From: Eukaryota sp. TZLM1-RC
Lineage: Eukaryota > Protista > Metamonada: BaSk clade
Reading direction: 5' to 3'
DNA length: 64,000 nucleotides
Assembly: GCA_040285825.1 (NCBI GenBank)
Contig: JAUPSS010000003.1
Location: 558,001 to 622,000, forward strand
Part shown: positions 1 through 11,075 of the stretch, one piece after another
How positions within the stretch are numbered: the first letter of the stretch is position 1
How the letters are laid out: each line of letters begins with the position of its first letter
Position numbers and translations under genes: made by a program
Notes under the pieces: model-generated
Told to the model about the DNA's origin: nothing
The model's database searches: none
The model's input: only the letters and a program-made list of their open reading frames with translations

Positions 1-2
1 TA

Positions 3-641
3 CTGAATCCAAAAGAACGAAGACTAAATCACCCTCCGCCTCTCACTCAAGCAACTCCTAACACTTATTACGCTCAGAGCTTTCAAGAGTATCTGATTGA
101 AATAAGTTTACCTTATGTTCCTGAATCTGAGGAAGAGCCTGAATATTCTTCAATTATGTCTGGAAATTTGCAGCGTGCTGCAAGAAAAAAGTTGAGAAGA
201 AATAAGTTTGATTTCTTCATACGAAGGCAAAAGAGAATAACTAGTTTTATTAACAAAATTAAACGCTTGTCTGAAGGAAGAAACACTATAGTTTGGTTCG
301 GCAATGGCAGTGGTGGTCCATCTCGTCAATCTGTGAAATCCCCCCGAAAGGGATTTCTCAAACAAATCAAAAAACACTTTGAAAGCCTCAAAGTCGGGGA
401 CGAGTTTATGGCCTCAGCAAAAGTGAATTGCTGTAAGGTCTTTCATAGAAAGATCTATCATGATGACGGAAGGGTAAATAACGCTAAGTTCGATTGCCTT
501 CGATGTCAGACCAACTGGTCTAGGGACATCTCAGCCTCCAGAAACCAGCTAGAGATTGCAATTAGTTAGTATTTCACTGGTACTAGGCCAGAACCATTCA
601 GAAGGCCAAGGCGTGTGAGACGTCTAAGGAGACAGCAGTAG
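3..641 (+). mobile_element. Fanzor (TnpB-like RuvC nuclease), C-terminal half; open at the window edge; premature TAG at 567-569
   Basis: Frame open from nt 3. Motifs: LRRNKFDFFIRRQK, IVWFGNGS, KSPRKGFL, RuvC-II VGDEFMAS, zinc finger CC..CLRC, RuvC-III WSRDISASRN. Past the TAG the frame continues YFTGTRPEPFRR, the typical RPxxFxR tail. Confidence 0.8.
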
Positions 642-743
642 CTGTTTTAATCAACGTATTTCCAAGGTGTTTAGTGTATACTAACCCTTGGTGCTGAGAA
701 GTTTACACAATTATGAGGGATATTTATTCAATATTCACATTGT

Positions 744-1962
744 GTGAATTTTTTTATTCAACAGCGTTATGAAGATATTGGTCTCTCATTGAATATTTCC
801 AAATGTTTGATTATTGGCCATGAACCAATTGATTTTTTCATTAATGATGTCAATGTCCCCTTTATCAATTATGATCAGTCTGGTTTTCGTTTTCTGGGTT
901 GTTATCTCGGAAATATTGATGAAGTCAAAGGCCAACCTTCGACTCTGTTGACTCAATTTGGAAATGAATTAGAATCGATGGAAAATTTAAATATTGAGAA
1001 ACATTTGAATTTCTTTTTCCTAAAAATTTGTTGTTCTGGAAAATTTACTCATATTTTGAGATCAACATCACCATCAATTTCTTTGGAGTTTTGTCGAATT
1101 TTTAATGAACAAAGAACCAATTTTTTAGCAAAATTGTTGGAAATTGATGCATCTCAGTTACGAAGCCACATTTTTTGTAGTACAAATTTTAGTGGTGTTG
1201 ATTTTCATAAATCAAGCTACCTTTGTAAAGCTGCCTTTATTGTAGGTGGTAAAAATTCTATTTATGAATTTGTGAATCGTTTTCCTGAAAAAATTGATCT
1301 CATTGAAAATTGTGGCAGCTCTTATCTTGTTTCTTTGCAACAGGAAATTGAAACTCTTTCACCCAATATTTGGTCTAAATTTTTCCCCTCTGATATTGTA
1401 GAACTTCCTCCAAAAACCTTGCTCTCCTTACCACTGACTTTTGCAAAATTGCAGAAAAAATCATGGATGTTTTAGAATACTTGGATTATATTGTACGTCT
1501 TAGCTTGGCTAAAGAAAAAAATCCCGTTTTTGCGAACTTTTTGATTGATCTTGAAGACAGTTGCTCAAGTTGCCTAATCTCCCAAGTTCCCAACATTTAT
1601 GGCCTTCTACTTAATGATCACCAATGGACCACTGTAATGAGAATGAGATATTTTCTATGGCCTTGTTCATTGCCAAATGATTTAATTTGTCGCTGCAAGA
1701 GTGTTATTCAGATCAAACTGATGATTCCTTTGGTAAAAGAAGGGCAGATTTAGTAGCTCCAGGGATCGATGGTGTTCTCAATGTTGTAGATGTTGTCTCA
1801 GTTGATGTTTGCAAAAATTCTGCTGCTCGTTTAGTGTATTCCGCTGATTCGCCGTTATCTAACGCCGAAAAAAAAGAAAATAAAAAAATATGAAGAGAAC
1901 CTTTGGCACAGTTAGGTAGAGTGGAACATGTGAAATATCAGTTTGTGCCGTTTGCAATTTCT
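744..1962 (+). mobile_element. CRE-like non-LTR retrotransposon, subfamily B, decayed (RT thumb to RLE, internal deletion near 1700)
   Basis: GLSLNISKC, FRFLGCYLG, THILRS, RMRY..W, CRC knuckle remnant, RRADLV/VVDVVSVD endonuclease motif; frameshifted. Matches the copy at 10464-11075. Confidence 0.8.
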
Positions 1963-2492
1963 AACTTTTAATTTATTGAATTTGCACACTTGATTAAATT
2001 AAATCATAACTAATGGGACGACTATCATTAAACCAAGATTTCCTCTACAAAATCTTGATTTGCTTGCTGTCTAGCTAAAGCTTCTCTAATTCGATTGAAA
2101 AACCGCGGTAATCTATTAATAATGGCAAATTGAATCCGTGAACGCCATAAAAAAATATCAAATCTTTTCATTGTTTTTTCTTTCACCATTTTTTGGAAGT
2201 CATCCCAAAAAGTTTCTGCTTCAACTGATAATCTTCCATTTATCGAAAATGGGAAAGCAATAAAAACCAGCTGTGTATTTCTATCGATATTTGCATCTTC
2301 AATTTCTTTATCATATTTTCTATGTTTTTCTTTTGCTTTAAAATCCAGAGCAGCCACAGGATTAAATTTTCTTCTGTGAACCAAAGTATCGTTTGCAACA
2401 TTACATGAGACAAAGTCAACAATAGCTTCAGAATTATCAATCCAATCACAGTATACATCACCTCTATCATCAGAACCAAAATTATTCAATTA
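1963..2492 (-). mobile_element. 5'-truncated CRE-like retrotransposon, subfamily C, nested in subfamily B with an 11-bp TSD
   Basis: ORF 2028-2489: RGDVYC..IVDFV..KEKHRKY..FPFSINGRL (RLE). TTGCAATTTCT duplicated at 1952-1962 and 2493-2503. Confidence 0.85.
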
Positions 2493-2775
2493 TTGCAATT
2501 TCTCTTTTTGGCAATATTGGACCTTCAGGGTTACACTTTTTTGAAGACTTCAAGAAAAATTTTACTGAATAGGTCTGGTAAAAAAATGAATTCCACTTTT
2601 TGGTTTAATAGAAATGGTTTTTCCATTTTCAAGTCTTTTACAACAATGATTTCAAAGGCACTTTTAGCTATTGGTGTAGAATATGAACGTAATGCTGTGA
2701 GTAGGTTTAGTAATAGTGACGCTTGTTTGGAGGATATTGAATTCTAGATGAGTTTTTTATCTCAGCAAATTAAAT
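2493..2775 (+). mobile_element. 3' remainder of the interrupted subfamily B element
   Basis: Resumes the FAISLFGNIG nucleotide sequence and ends NSDACLEDIEF, as at 10464. Confidence 0.85.
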
Positions 2776-2877
2776 AAATGAAAAAGCAACGGTGTGAAAT
2801 TCTCAGAGCTCCTAATTCATTAAATAACATTAAATAGTTTTTACAACAATAAGTAGTACTGACAAATTCCAGCTCCG

Positions 2878-4095
2878 ATGTTTGGCAAACCCACAGCCAT
2901 TGGGCAGTCAGTGTCGCCATTTAGTCAACAAACCTCAACATCTGCCACAACATCCCCTTTTGGAGGTCAACAAACAAAACAACCTACAGTAGTTGGATCT
3001 CCATTTGGTCAAGCAACAAGTCAACCTTCTAATACAGGAGCTTTTGGTGCTCAACAAATGGGTCAGAGTTTGGGAGGAACGTCTCCATTTGGCCAAGCAA
3101 CAAGTCAACCTTCTACGACAGGAGTTTTTGGTACTCAACAACAGAGCCAAACCTCAGCAGGAACATCTCCATTTAGCCAAACAGCAAGTCAATCCTCTAC
3201 AACCGGACCTTTTGCTACTCAACAAATAGGTCAACCCTCAGCAGTAACATCACCATTTAGCCAAACAGCAAGTCAATCCTCTACAACCGGACCTTTTGCT
3301 ACTCAACAAATAGGTCAACCCTCAGCAGTAACATCTCCATTTGGCCAAACAGCAAGTCAACCCTCTACAACCGGACCTTTTGCTACTCAACAAATAGGTC
3401 AACCCTCAGCAGTAACATCTCCATTTGGCCAATCAGCAAGTCAACCCTCTACAACCGGACCTTTTGCTACTCAAGAAATGGGTCAACCCTCAGCAGTAAC
3501 ATCTCCATTTGGCCAATCAGCAAGTCAACCCTCTACAACCGGACCTTTTGCTACTCAAGAAATGGGTCAACCCTCAGCAGTAACATCTCCATTTGGCCAA
3601 ACAGCAAGTCAACCCTCTACAACCGGACCTTATGCTACTCAAGAAATGGGTCAAGCTTCAGCAGGAACATCTTCATTTGGCCAAACAACATATCAATCTG
3701 GTGCTATTGGAAGCCAACCAGCAAAAGTCACTTCCACTGCATTTGGTCAGCAACTTACTCAGTCCTCTGTAAAAACATCCGGTGCTTCCCCTTCCCCTTT
3801 CGGGAATGCTTTCAGTACTGGGACTACTTCCTCGACTAGTGGAGTTTTTGCTTCTACAACAATCAGTAGTACTCCTGCTTATGAATTACAAGCTCCTCAA
3901 AGTTCTTCTCTGCCATTCTCTAATCAATCTCAACCTGTGTCAACATCTATATTGGGCAATATTGGTTCTCAACAGATCAATGAACAACATTTTTCTAAAC
4001 TCGCTGATTTGACTCATGATGAACTAGCACAGTTTAGAGCTGAGAAGTTTACCTTCTTACCAATAAAGCCTCCCTGTTCTGAAACTGTCAGTTAA
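2878..4095 (+). CDS. NUP42: FG-repeat nucleoporin, NUP42/NUPL2-like
   Basis: Many SPFG/AFG repeats. C-terminal LTHDELAQFRAEKFTFLPIKPP resembles the Gle1-binding tail of NUP42/hCG1. Confidence 0.7.
   Translation: MFGKPTAIGQSVSPFSQQTSTSATTSPFGGQQTKQPTVVGSPFGQATSQPSNTGAFGAQQMGQSLGGTSPFGQATSQPSTTGVFGTQQQSQTSAGTSPFSQTASQSSTTGPFATQQIGQPSAVTSPFSQTASQSSTTGPFATQQIGQPSAVTSPFGQTASQPSTTGPFATQQIGQPSAVTSPFGQSASQPSTTGPFATQEMGQPSAVTSPFGQSASQPSTTGPFATQEMGQPSAVTSPFGQTASQPSTTGPYATQEMGQASAGTSSFGQTTYQSGAIGSQPAKVTSTAFGQQLTQSSVKTSGASPSPFGNAFSTGTTSSTSGVFASTTISSTPAYELQAPQSSSLPFSNQSQPVSTSILGNIGSQQINEQHFSKLADLTHDELAQFRAEKFTFLPIKPPCSETVS
2998..3669 (+). repeat. Eight tandem 84-bp coding repeats (28 aa)
   Basis: SPFGQTASQPSTTGPFATQQIGQPSAVT-type unit repeated 8 times. 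Confidence 0.95.
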
Positions 4096-4201
4096 CTTTG
4101 TTTTTTCTATTTGTACATTTTTAGGTTCCATTATTAATGATTATTAAGATTATTCTAAACAAACAACTTTTTCAAAACACATGTTTACATACAAGAATAA
4201 A

Positions 4202-5065
4202 TTAGTTCAATTTACCCTTTGAAAAATTAACGGAAGTATCGTATGCTGCTTGCATACCATCACCAATAGTCTTGCCCATATCTTGATTGATGAAATGCTT
4301 AACGGCCTTTTCAGTGATTCCTCCTGGACTACATACTATAGTGAGATTAAATGAAAATAATAACAAACCTGCTCTCCAGAGAGCTTCTGTGGACTGATCA
4401 GATTCTGCAGCCATAATAGCAGATCCCTTGAGTGTTTGACAAGCAGCTTTCTTTGCAGTTTCTTCGTCAAGACCTAGTTCAACACCCTTCTTAATCATGT
4501 TGTCTAACACGTAGAATGCATATGCTGGTCCACATCCACTGACAACAGTCACGGCATCAAATTTGGTTTCTGGAAGTTCCAAAACAACACCAGAGCAACC
4601 AAAAACTAACTTGGCCACAACAAGGTCTTCTGGTGTACATGGAGAATCTGAAGCAATCGCAGTGCAGCCATGACCTGCAGCAAGTGGTGTATTGGGCATT
4701 GTACGGACAATACGACACTCTGTGGCATGTTGACGATGTTGTTGAATGTTCCAACCTCCGACTACAGAAATCATACAATGTTCTTTAGTGAGAGGTAGTG
4801 CCTTCAGAAATTCAGCAGACTGTTGTGGACGCAGAGCATAAAGCAAATATGGAACATTAAGAACGCAATTGGAATCAGCTCGATCCATAGATCCTCTAAC
4901 ACAACCCATCGCAAGAGCTTTTTGTACAGCAGTTTCGTTCATGTCGAAAACAAGGATGTTGTTGGCAGGGACCTTTTGGCTCTTAACAAGACCTTCCAAA
5001 ATGGCAAAGCCCATGTGGCCAATGCCAATGAAAGCGATTTTGACAGACTGAGAATCAACAGACAT
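4202..5065 (-). CDS. proC: Pyrroline-5-carboxylate reductase; predicted 33-nt intron at 4336-4368
   Basis: IAFIGIGHMG, RTMPNTP, SGCGPAY, VCSPGGIT motifs. Removing GTTTGT...CTCACTATAG restores LWRA-VCSPGG. Confidence 0.95.
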   Translation of the reverse strand: MSVDSQSVKIAFIGIGHMGFAILEGLVKSQKVPANNILVFDMNETAVQKALAMGCVRGSMDRADSNCVLNVPYLLYALRPQQSAEFLKALPLTKEHCMISVVGGWNIQQHRQHATECRIVRTMPNTPLAAGHGCTAIASDSPCTPEDLVVAKLVFGCSGVVLELPETKFDAVTVVSGCGPAYAFYVLDNMIKKGVELGLDEETAKKAACQTLKGSAIMAAESDQSTEALWRAGLLLFSFNLTIVCSPGGITEKAVKHFINQDMGKTIGDGMQAAYDTSVNFSKGKLN

Positions 5066-5988
5066 TGGTGTTTAAATGAAATGCAGATAGTTGAAGTTTT
5101 ATTTGTGTTGCACATTGTGTTTGATTCATGATCCTCTACTATGTAGAGGCCCCAATAAAACATTGTGCTTCCACTTTTAATATATTTACATATTACATTA
5201 TTCAGAAATATTTATTGTGTTAAATTGTCATTGTTTCAACATCGAGTACTTTTGCACAAAGATGATTCGTCGACTTCTGCAGCTCTTCAGAATTATCCAG
5301 GTGTTGACGACACAAAATTGATGATTATTATTATATTGCTATTAGTAATGGTGATGATGGACAAATTGAAAGAATTCACAGAGAAAGTTTCAGACCTAGA
5401 GATTATTTAACTATTCTGAATAATATGGATTCATCCTATTTGGATGCCAATGAAAAAACATTATACCAAAAGTTGATGGAAAAATTAAAACAGATGCCAA
5501 ACGAATATAATTCATCTGATGAATTATTTGATCCAACAATGATTAAAAAATCAACACCACGTGAACTGAAACGATTTGGATTATTCTCAGTAGCAATGTA
5601 TTTAGATGTTTATGATATGTACAAGCAAGCCATTATTAGAAATCACACCAAACCACACAATATTTTATATAGAACATAATCCCCAAATTAAATGTATTCA
5701 ATAGAATCATCTGATAGAAATGTTCGAATAGTAATCAATAACAAAGCACATAATTACAATATCCCAAATGGATATGTGATGTGGATAGATTTATCAGATT
5801 TTCCTGATATTATATTATCAAAAAAAATATTCAATGATATTGGAAAAGAGGATGAAAAAAAATCATATGTGGAGCACACGTAAGGAATAGTAGTTTAAAA
5901 ATGTACTACACAGAAAGAATGTCTGTGCCATATTATATGGGTGTTCCTAGAGAAGCAAATTATGTGTCAAATATTTCGTGGCAAGTGT

Positions 5989-6530
5989 TTACTTAAGTTT
6001 GTGAATTTTTTTTGAAACGTTGTAACATTCTGGTAAAGTTTTGTTCAATATTTGGAGTTTTTTTAATACTTCCTCCCATATGTTATTTTCATAAATAATT
6101 ATATCACACGGTCTTGGTGGATGATCCTTTAAATTCATAAATGACACACTCATATCATTAATGAATGAATCTTGATCATAAAAAATCAAATTTGCAGGTT
6201 TACATTTCAACATATTAACAATTAATGGATTTGATGTTCTTCTGTTGAATGAAAAGGACTGTGTTTTCCCATCAACAAAAATCTGATAGTTATTATGTCT
6301 GGATAAAAAATTTGGTGGTACTAGTGGTTTCTTTTTGAATATTTTCGATGGATATATTTTTTTTCTAATGCGAGTTGACTATATTGGGAATTGACTTGTC
6401 GCGTCTACCCTTTAAATACACACCAAATTGACAATTTCTCACAAGTGATAATGCCAGTTCTAATTTCATTGATGTGTGCATCCCAAAAACCAATGAACAT
6501 TGTGCACCAACATTAGCATTTTCAGTATTT

Positions 6531-6561
<31 letters not shown>

Positions 6562-7047
6562 TTTATTTAATTCATTCTTTATTCTACGTTCTTCATCTTC
6601 ATAAATTTTCAACATCTTTTCCACATCATTGATTTTACCATTCATCAAATCCACAGATTTTTTCAACACATCATATACCTCATCAATATCTTTACATTTG
6701 ATTGAACATAGACAAACACCATCGGTTGATGTGAATGCATCCTTTAACCAGTGGTTATCTTCTAATAAAACAGATGCCCAAAGATGTTCAAAGAAATGCA
6801 ATGCATTATTTTGTTCGGTATAATATGCCATTGATGGTTTGTATAAAACCATTGTTAATGTATATTTAATTGCATCCGAAATTGGTGTGAATGCAAAATT
6901 ATCATTAATTTTTTCATAATCATATTTAAATGAAGTCATTGCTGTTAACAACATTGTATATATTTTATCTCTGTGTGATGTGTATTCATTCGATGCACTT
7001 TCACCCAAATCAACATTTTTCAAAATATAAATCATTGGACCCTCCAT
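5989..7047 (-). pseudogene. M16 (inverzincin) metallopeptidase pseudogene
   Basis: LHFFEHL (HxxEH), DAFTSTD and EERRIKNE (third zinc ligand region). Broken by a microsatellite at 6527-6568 and a frameshift near 6365; joins ORF 5989-6213. Confidence 0.7.
6527..6568. repeat. (ATTT)n microsatellite
   Basis: About 10 ATTT units. Confidence 0.95.
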
Positions 7048-8429
7048 TTAATTTATTTTACTATCATCATATTCCTCACCAACATAATCACGCAATTTGG
7101 CAATTTTACCCGAACCCTTTGAATCATACATTGTTCCAAACATCAGATAATCTTATATCTGTTGTTCAATTTTCACAATATTGTATGCAATAACTTCTTG
7201 AAAGATATTTTTTTCAAAAACAGTTATATTAATTACCTCTGTGTTGTATAATAACATATTTGAAATGTCTTTTGGCAGGAATGTCATAATATTTTCCAAT
7301 CTAATTAAATTATTAAATTGATTCAAATGTTTTTGTAATGGAATTCCAATGACTTCTAGTTCATAAACCAATGGATAGCAAAATGGTATAGCAATGGTAT
7401 ACGAGCAAATCCACGTTGATCACATCGAATTTTGACAGTCTTGTCGTTACAAATATCATAGTCCAAAATTGGCATTTTATTAAAAACAAATCATTTTTGT
7501 GATTTATTCATTTTTGACAACATTAAGTCATTATAAAATCAATTATAATCCAAAACAACATATTCTCCCAAAGACTTTCTATAAACATAATCCTCCATTA
7601 CTTTAGGTTCGTAATTAATTGGCAATACTTCACAATAATATAATAAATATTCTCGAACATATTCTATAATATTTCCAACATAATCTTTAATGTCGTAGGT
7701 TCTATTCAAATCCAATTCGTGAATTAATTCTTTCACGAGAATCTGGAGATTGGAATCTGTTGTGTGGTATTTATTTATGAATATTACAAATAAGGGACGG
7801 GTTCCAAATATGGGTACCTCAAAAGGGAAAAAACAACTGATGCAACTGTTTCACAATGGTTACCTGCCATCTATGCCCAAAGAAACCAGTTTTGAGTCCC
7901 CAGAAGATTATAATGTGGCCATGATCGGTTATGATATCATTGGCCAACAATTTCACATATTTTTCAATTACTGAGTGGAATCAAACAACAGTTCCTCAGT
8001 TAATGTCAAATCTATCTATCTATACGCTGGAAAAACCTTGTTTCAAATTTCAAATCATCACTGCCAAAAATGTGCTCATCTTGGTTGAAAAATTGTTTAA
8101 GGGCTTATTGTAGTGCACTAAGATTAACTAAAGAGTTCCAAGATGAATATATTTATTTATTCTTCAATCAACGTTCTAATTTCAAATTCATTTTGAGAGA
8201 CTGAAAAGAAGGGTCGTTGTTAACTGGGTGGGTAGGTGTCGCGAATTTGAAAATAAGCACCCGCGTTGCAAATCACAGTAGTTGAAGTTTACATTCAAAC
8301 TCCATTTGTCATGACGTATGAAGCAGTGTGCATGGGTGCTCACTCCTTACAAATTATTGTTTCGTCTTCTACAAAAATCTATATTGAATAAAACTATCAT
8401 TAATTGCAAACTAAATCTGTTTAAAAAAA

Positions 8430-9335
8430 TTGTCAAAGATTTTTGAAAGCTTGGATTTTGATGTTAGACTTGGCTTGGCCAGGAAAAAGAATCCCGCTTT
8501 TGCAAATCTTTTACAAGATATGTGTGACAGTACTTCTTCTGCCTTAGTAACAACAATTCCCCAAGTTTATGGTACTCTCTTAACTGATTCTGCTTGGACT
8601 CTGAATATGAGATTTCGTTCCTTTATCTGGCCTGATAAATTACCTCATAATTTAATTTGTAAATATTCTCGAGAAATTACAACTACTCATTTGTTAAATT
8701 GTAAACATTTTATTACTTTTAGAAGCAAGGTTCATGATGCTGTAAGAGACCAGTTATACTGTATCTGTAAATCTCATAGAATTGAATCCTTCTTGGAACC
8801 TCTATTGTCAAATCTGTTTGATGCTGAAGATGATTTTCATAAGAAGAATAGAGGTGATGTTATATTACCTGGATTGGATGGAAATTTCATTTTATTGTAT
8901 GTAATGTCTGTTGATCCTTGTAATGCCTCAAATAAAAGGCTAGTTAATTCTGAAATTCATAATCCTCTATCAAATGCTGAAAATTTCAAATTCAAAAAAT
9001 ACAATGAACCTTTGTCCAAATTGACCAGTCTACAGCATGCAAAATACATTTTGTATCCATTTGTATTTTCCCTTTTTGGTTCACTTGCACCAACGGCTTT
9101 ACGTTTTTTGGCAGATTTTGAAATGATTGTAAAGAGAAGAACTGGCAGAAATTTCAACAGATTGTTTTGGCAAAATAGAATAATGTACTCTATTTTTAAG
9201 GGGATGTTGAAGATGGTTTCTGATGCTTTGCTTTCTCTTGGATCTCACTATGAGAGAGTTGCATCTAGTGTTTTGGTTCTGGGAGAGATGGATTTTTTAG
9301 TTGCTGATTTATAGGTTTTGAATAAAATTAAAATG
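8430..9335 (+). mobile_element. 5'-truncated CRE-like retrotransposon, subfamily A (zinc knuckle + RLE)
   Basis: ICK..HLLNC, KVHDAVRD, NRGDVILPG, KKYNEP, PFVFSLFG; A-rich 3' end. Confidence 0.85.
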
Positions 9336-9339
9336 ATTT

Positions 9340-10040
9340 TAAAAAAAGTTTATGGAATTCGTACAACTGCCATTGGTGAATCAGTTACTCGTTGATCTGC
9401 TTCAATTGTATGCATTCGTGAAAGCTTCAAAGGCTGCAAAACTTTTATCGCCTTTCCAATTTGGAATTCCAACAATTGATGGTGCTTCAGTTGCTGCCTT
9501 GGCTTCTGATCCATTTGTTTATTCCCATAATCAGAATTGTATTGTTATATGGGATTTTAATGCTTTCAATTCTGATCACAGAAGTGCAGTTTATGATGTG
9601 ATTCGAAAAGAATTTCCAGATTTATCTAGCTAATTTTGTTCATTTTATGGTAAAGCTAGTGAATTAATTTGTGAATCTTTACAATCTGTTCTCATCTTTT
9701 GGAGTTAATCAAGGTGATCCCCTTGGGCCATTATTGTCCTGTTCAGCAAGTCACGAGTTCTTTATTCAATTCAGTAGACGTTATCCAACGTTGAAAATAG
9801 TAGGATAAATGGATGATATCTGAATTATTGGTCCTCTAAATGTTTTAAATGAAATAGTCTTTGAGGGTTTATTTTTCTACAAAATTTTTTGGTTTTTGGT
9901 AAATCCTGACAAATGTCTCCTCATAGAAAATGTAAAAGATGGTGTAGAAATTCCTTTCGTAAACTACTCCTCAGATGCTTTTTGTTCCCTGGGCCATGAA
10001 CTGTTTCCTAATTAGTGAAGAATTAAATAATAGCTTTTAG
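9340..10040 (+). mobile_element. Decayed reverse-transcriptase core of a CRE-like element
   Basis: GIRTTAIGE, SPFQFGI, DFNAFNS, GVNQGDPLGPLL, *MDDI (YxDD site), VNPDKCL; many stops. Confidence 0.85.
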
Positions 10041-10439
10041 AAGACCGTATTATGCGTCTTCAAATCTAACGTATTTTGATCTAAGCATATAATCTCCAAA
10101 AAAATTAAGTTCGACATCGGAAAATATCTTTTCAGTTGGAGAACAATCTCCCACAACGACACAACCTAGACTTCTATGATGTCATTTATGATTAGTATTC
10201 TAATAGATATTTTTACAAATTTATTTATTCCAATGCAAAACTAAACAACAAATTGAAATTCTATGTTCTCATGTGGTAAATTATCCAAAAAATTGACTGG
10301 AAGTTGTTCTTTCATAAAAAAGAATAAGTGTTAATTAAGCAGAAGATAATATGGGTACAACGTATTTAAAAATGAAAATCTAAAATGAAAATCCAAAATC
10401 ACCCCAGATTCCCTTAGTTTTTTTTAAAAAAACTGGAAT

Positions 10440-11075
10440 ATTTATTGAGATAAAAATAACCATCTAGAATTCAATATCCTCCAAACAAGCGTCACTATTA
10501 CTGAACCTACTCACAGCATTACGTTCATATTCTACACCAATAGCTAAAAGTGCCTTTGAAATCATTGTTGGAATAGACTTGAAAATGCAAAAAACAATTC
10601 TATTTAACCAGAAAGTGGAATTCATTGTTTTACCAGACCTATTCAGTAACACTTTTTTGAAATTTTCAAAAAAAAAGTGCAACCCTGAAGGTCCAATATT
10701 GCCAAAAAGAGAAATTGCAAACGGCACAAACTGATATTTCACATGTTCCACTCTACCTAACTGTGCCAAAGGTTCTTCATATTTTTTTATTTTCTTTTTT
10801 TCGGCGTTAGATAACGGCGAATCAGCGGAATACACTAAACGAGCAGCAGAATTTTTGCAAACATCAACTGAGACAACATCTACAACATTGAGAACACCAT
10901 CGATCCCTGGAGCTACTAAATCTGCCCTTCTTTTACCAAAGGAATCATCAGTTTGATCTGAAGACAGCTTACGTACTAATGGCTCAATAAATGCCTCTAT
11001 ATTGAAACTTTTGCACATGGCATATAATTGATCACGAACTGAGTCATGCACAATTGAGCGATAAGTTACCAAACC
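10440..11075 (-). mobile_element. 5'-truncated CRE-like retrotransposon, subfamily B
   Basis: VHDSVRDQ, RRADLV, ends DACLEDIEF; near-identical to 1710-1962 plus 2493-2747. Confidence 0.85.

Larger units (their letters stand above)
5308..7740. other. Decayed, intronless, virus-like gene block (candidate endogenous viral element)
   Basis: Very AT-rich, abutting ORFs with stops and frameshifts, truncated at both ends; includes an M16 peptidase. Viral origin is inference. Confidence 0.5.

Noticed and set aside
567-569. Stop-codon reassignment suggested by in-frame stops in TE ORFs
   Set aside because: Long host genes have no internal stops and end in TAA, TAG or TGA; the stops reflect decay.
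2998-3669. CRISPR-like array
   Set aside because: Contiguous coding repeats with no unique spacers.
7750-8140. Short ORFs here and at 10050-10400 and 11117-11760
   Set aside because: Coding-like but no recognisable motif; left unassigned.
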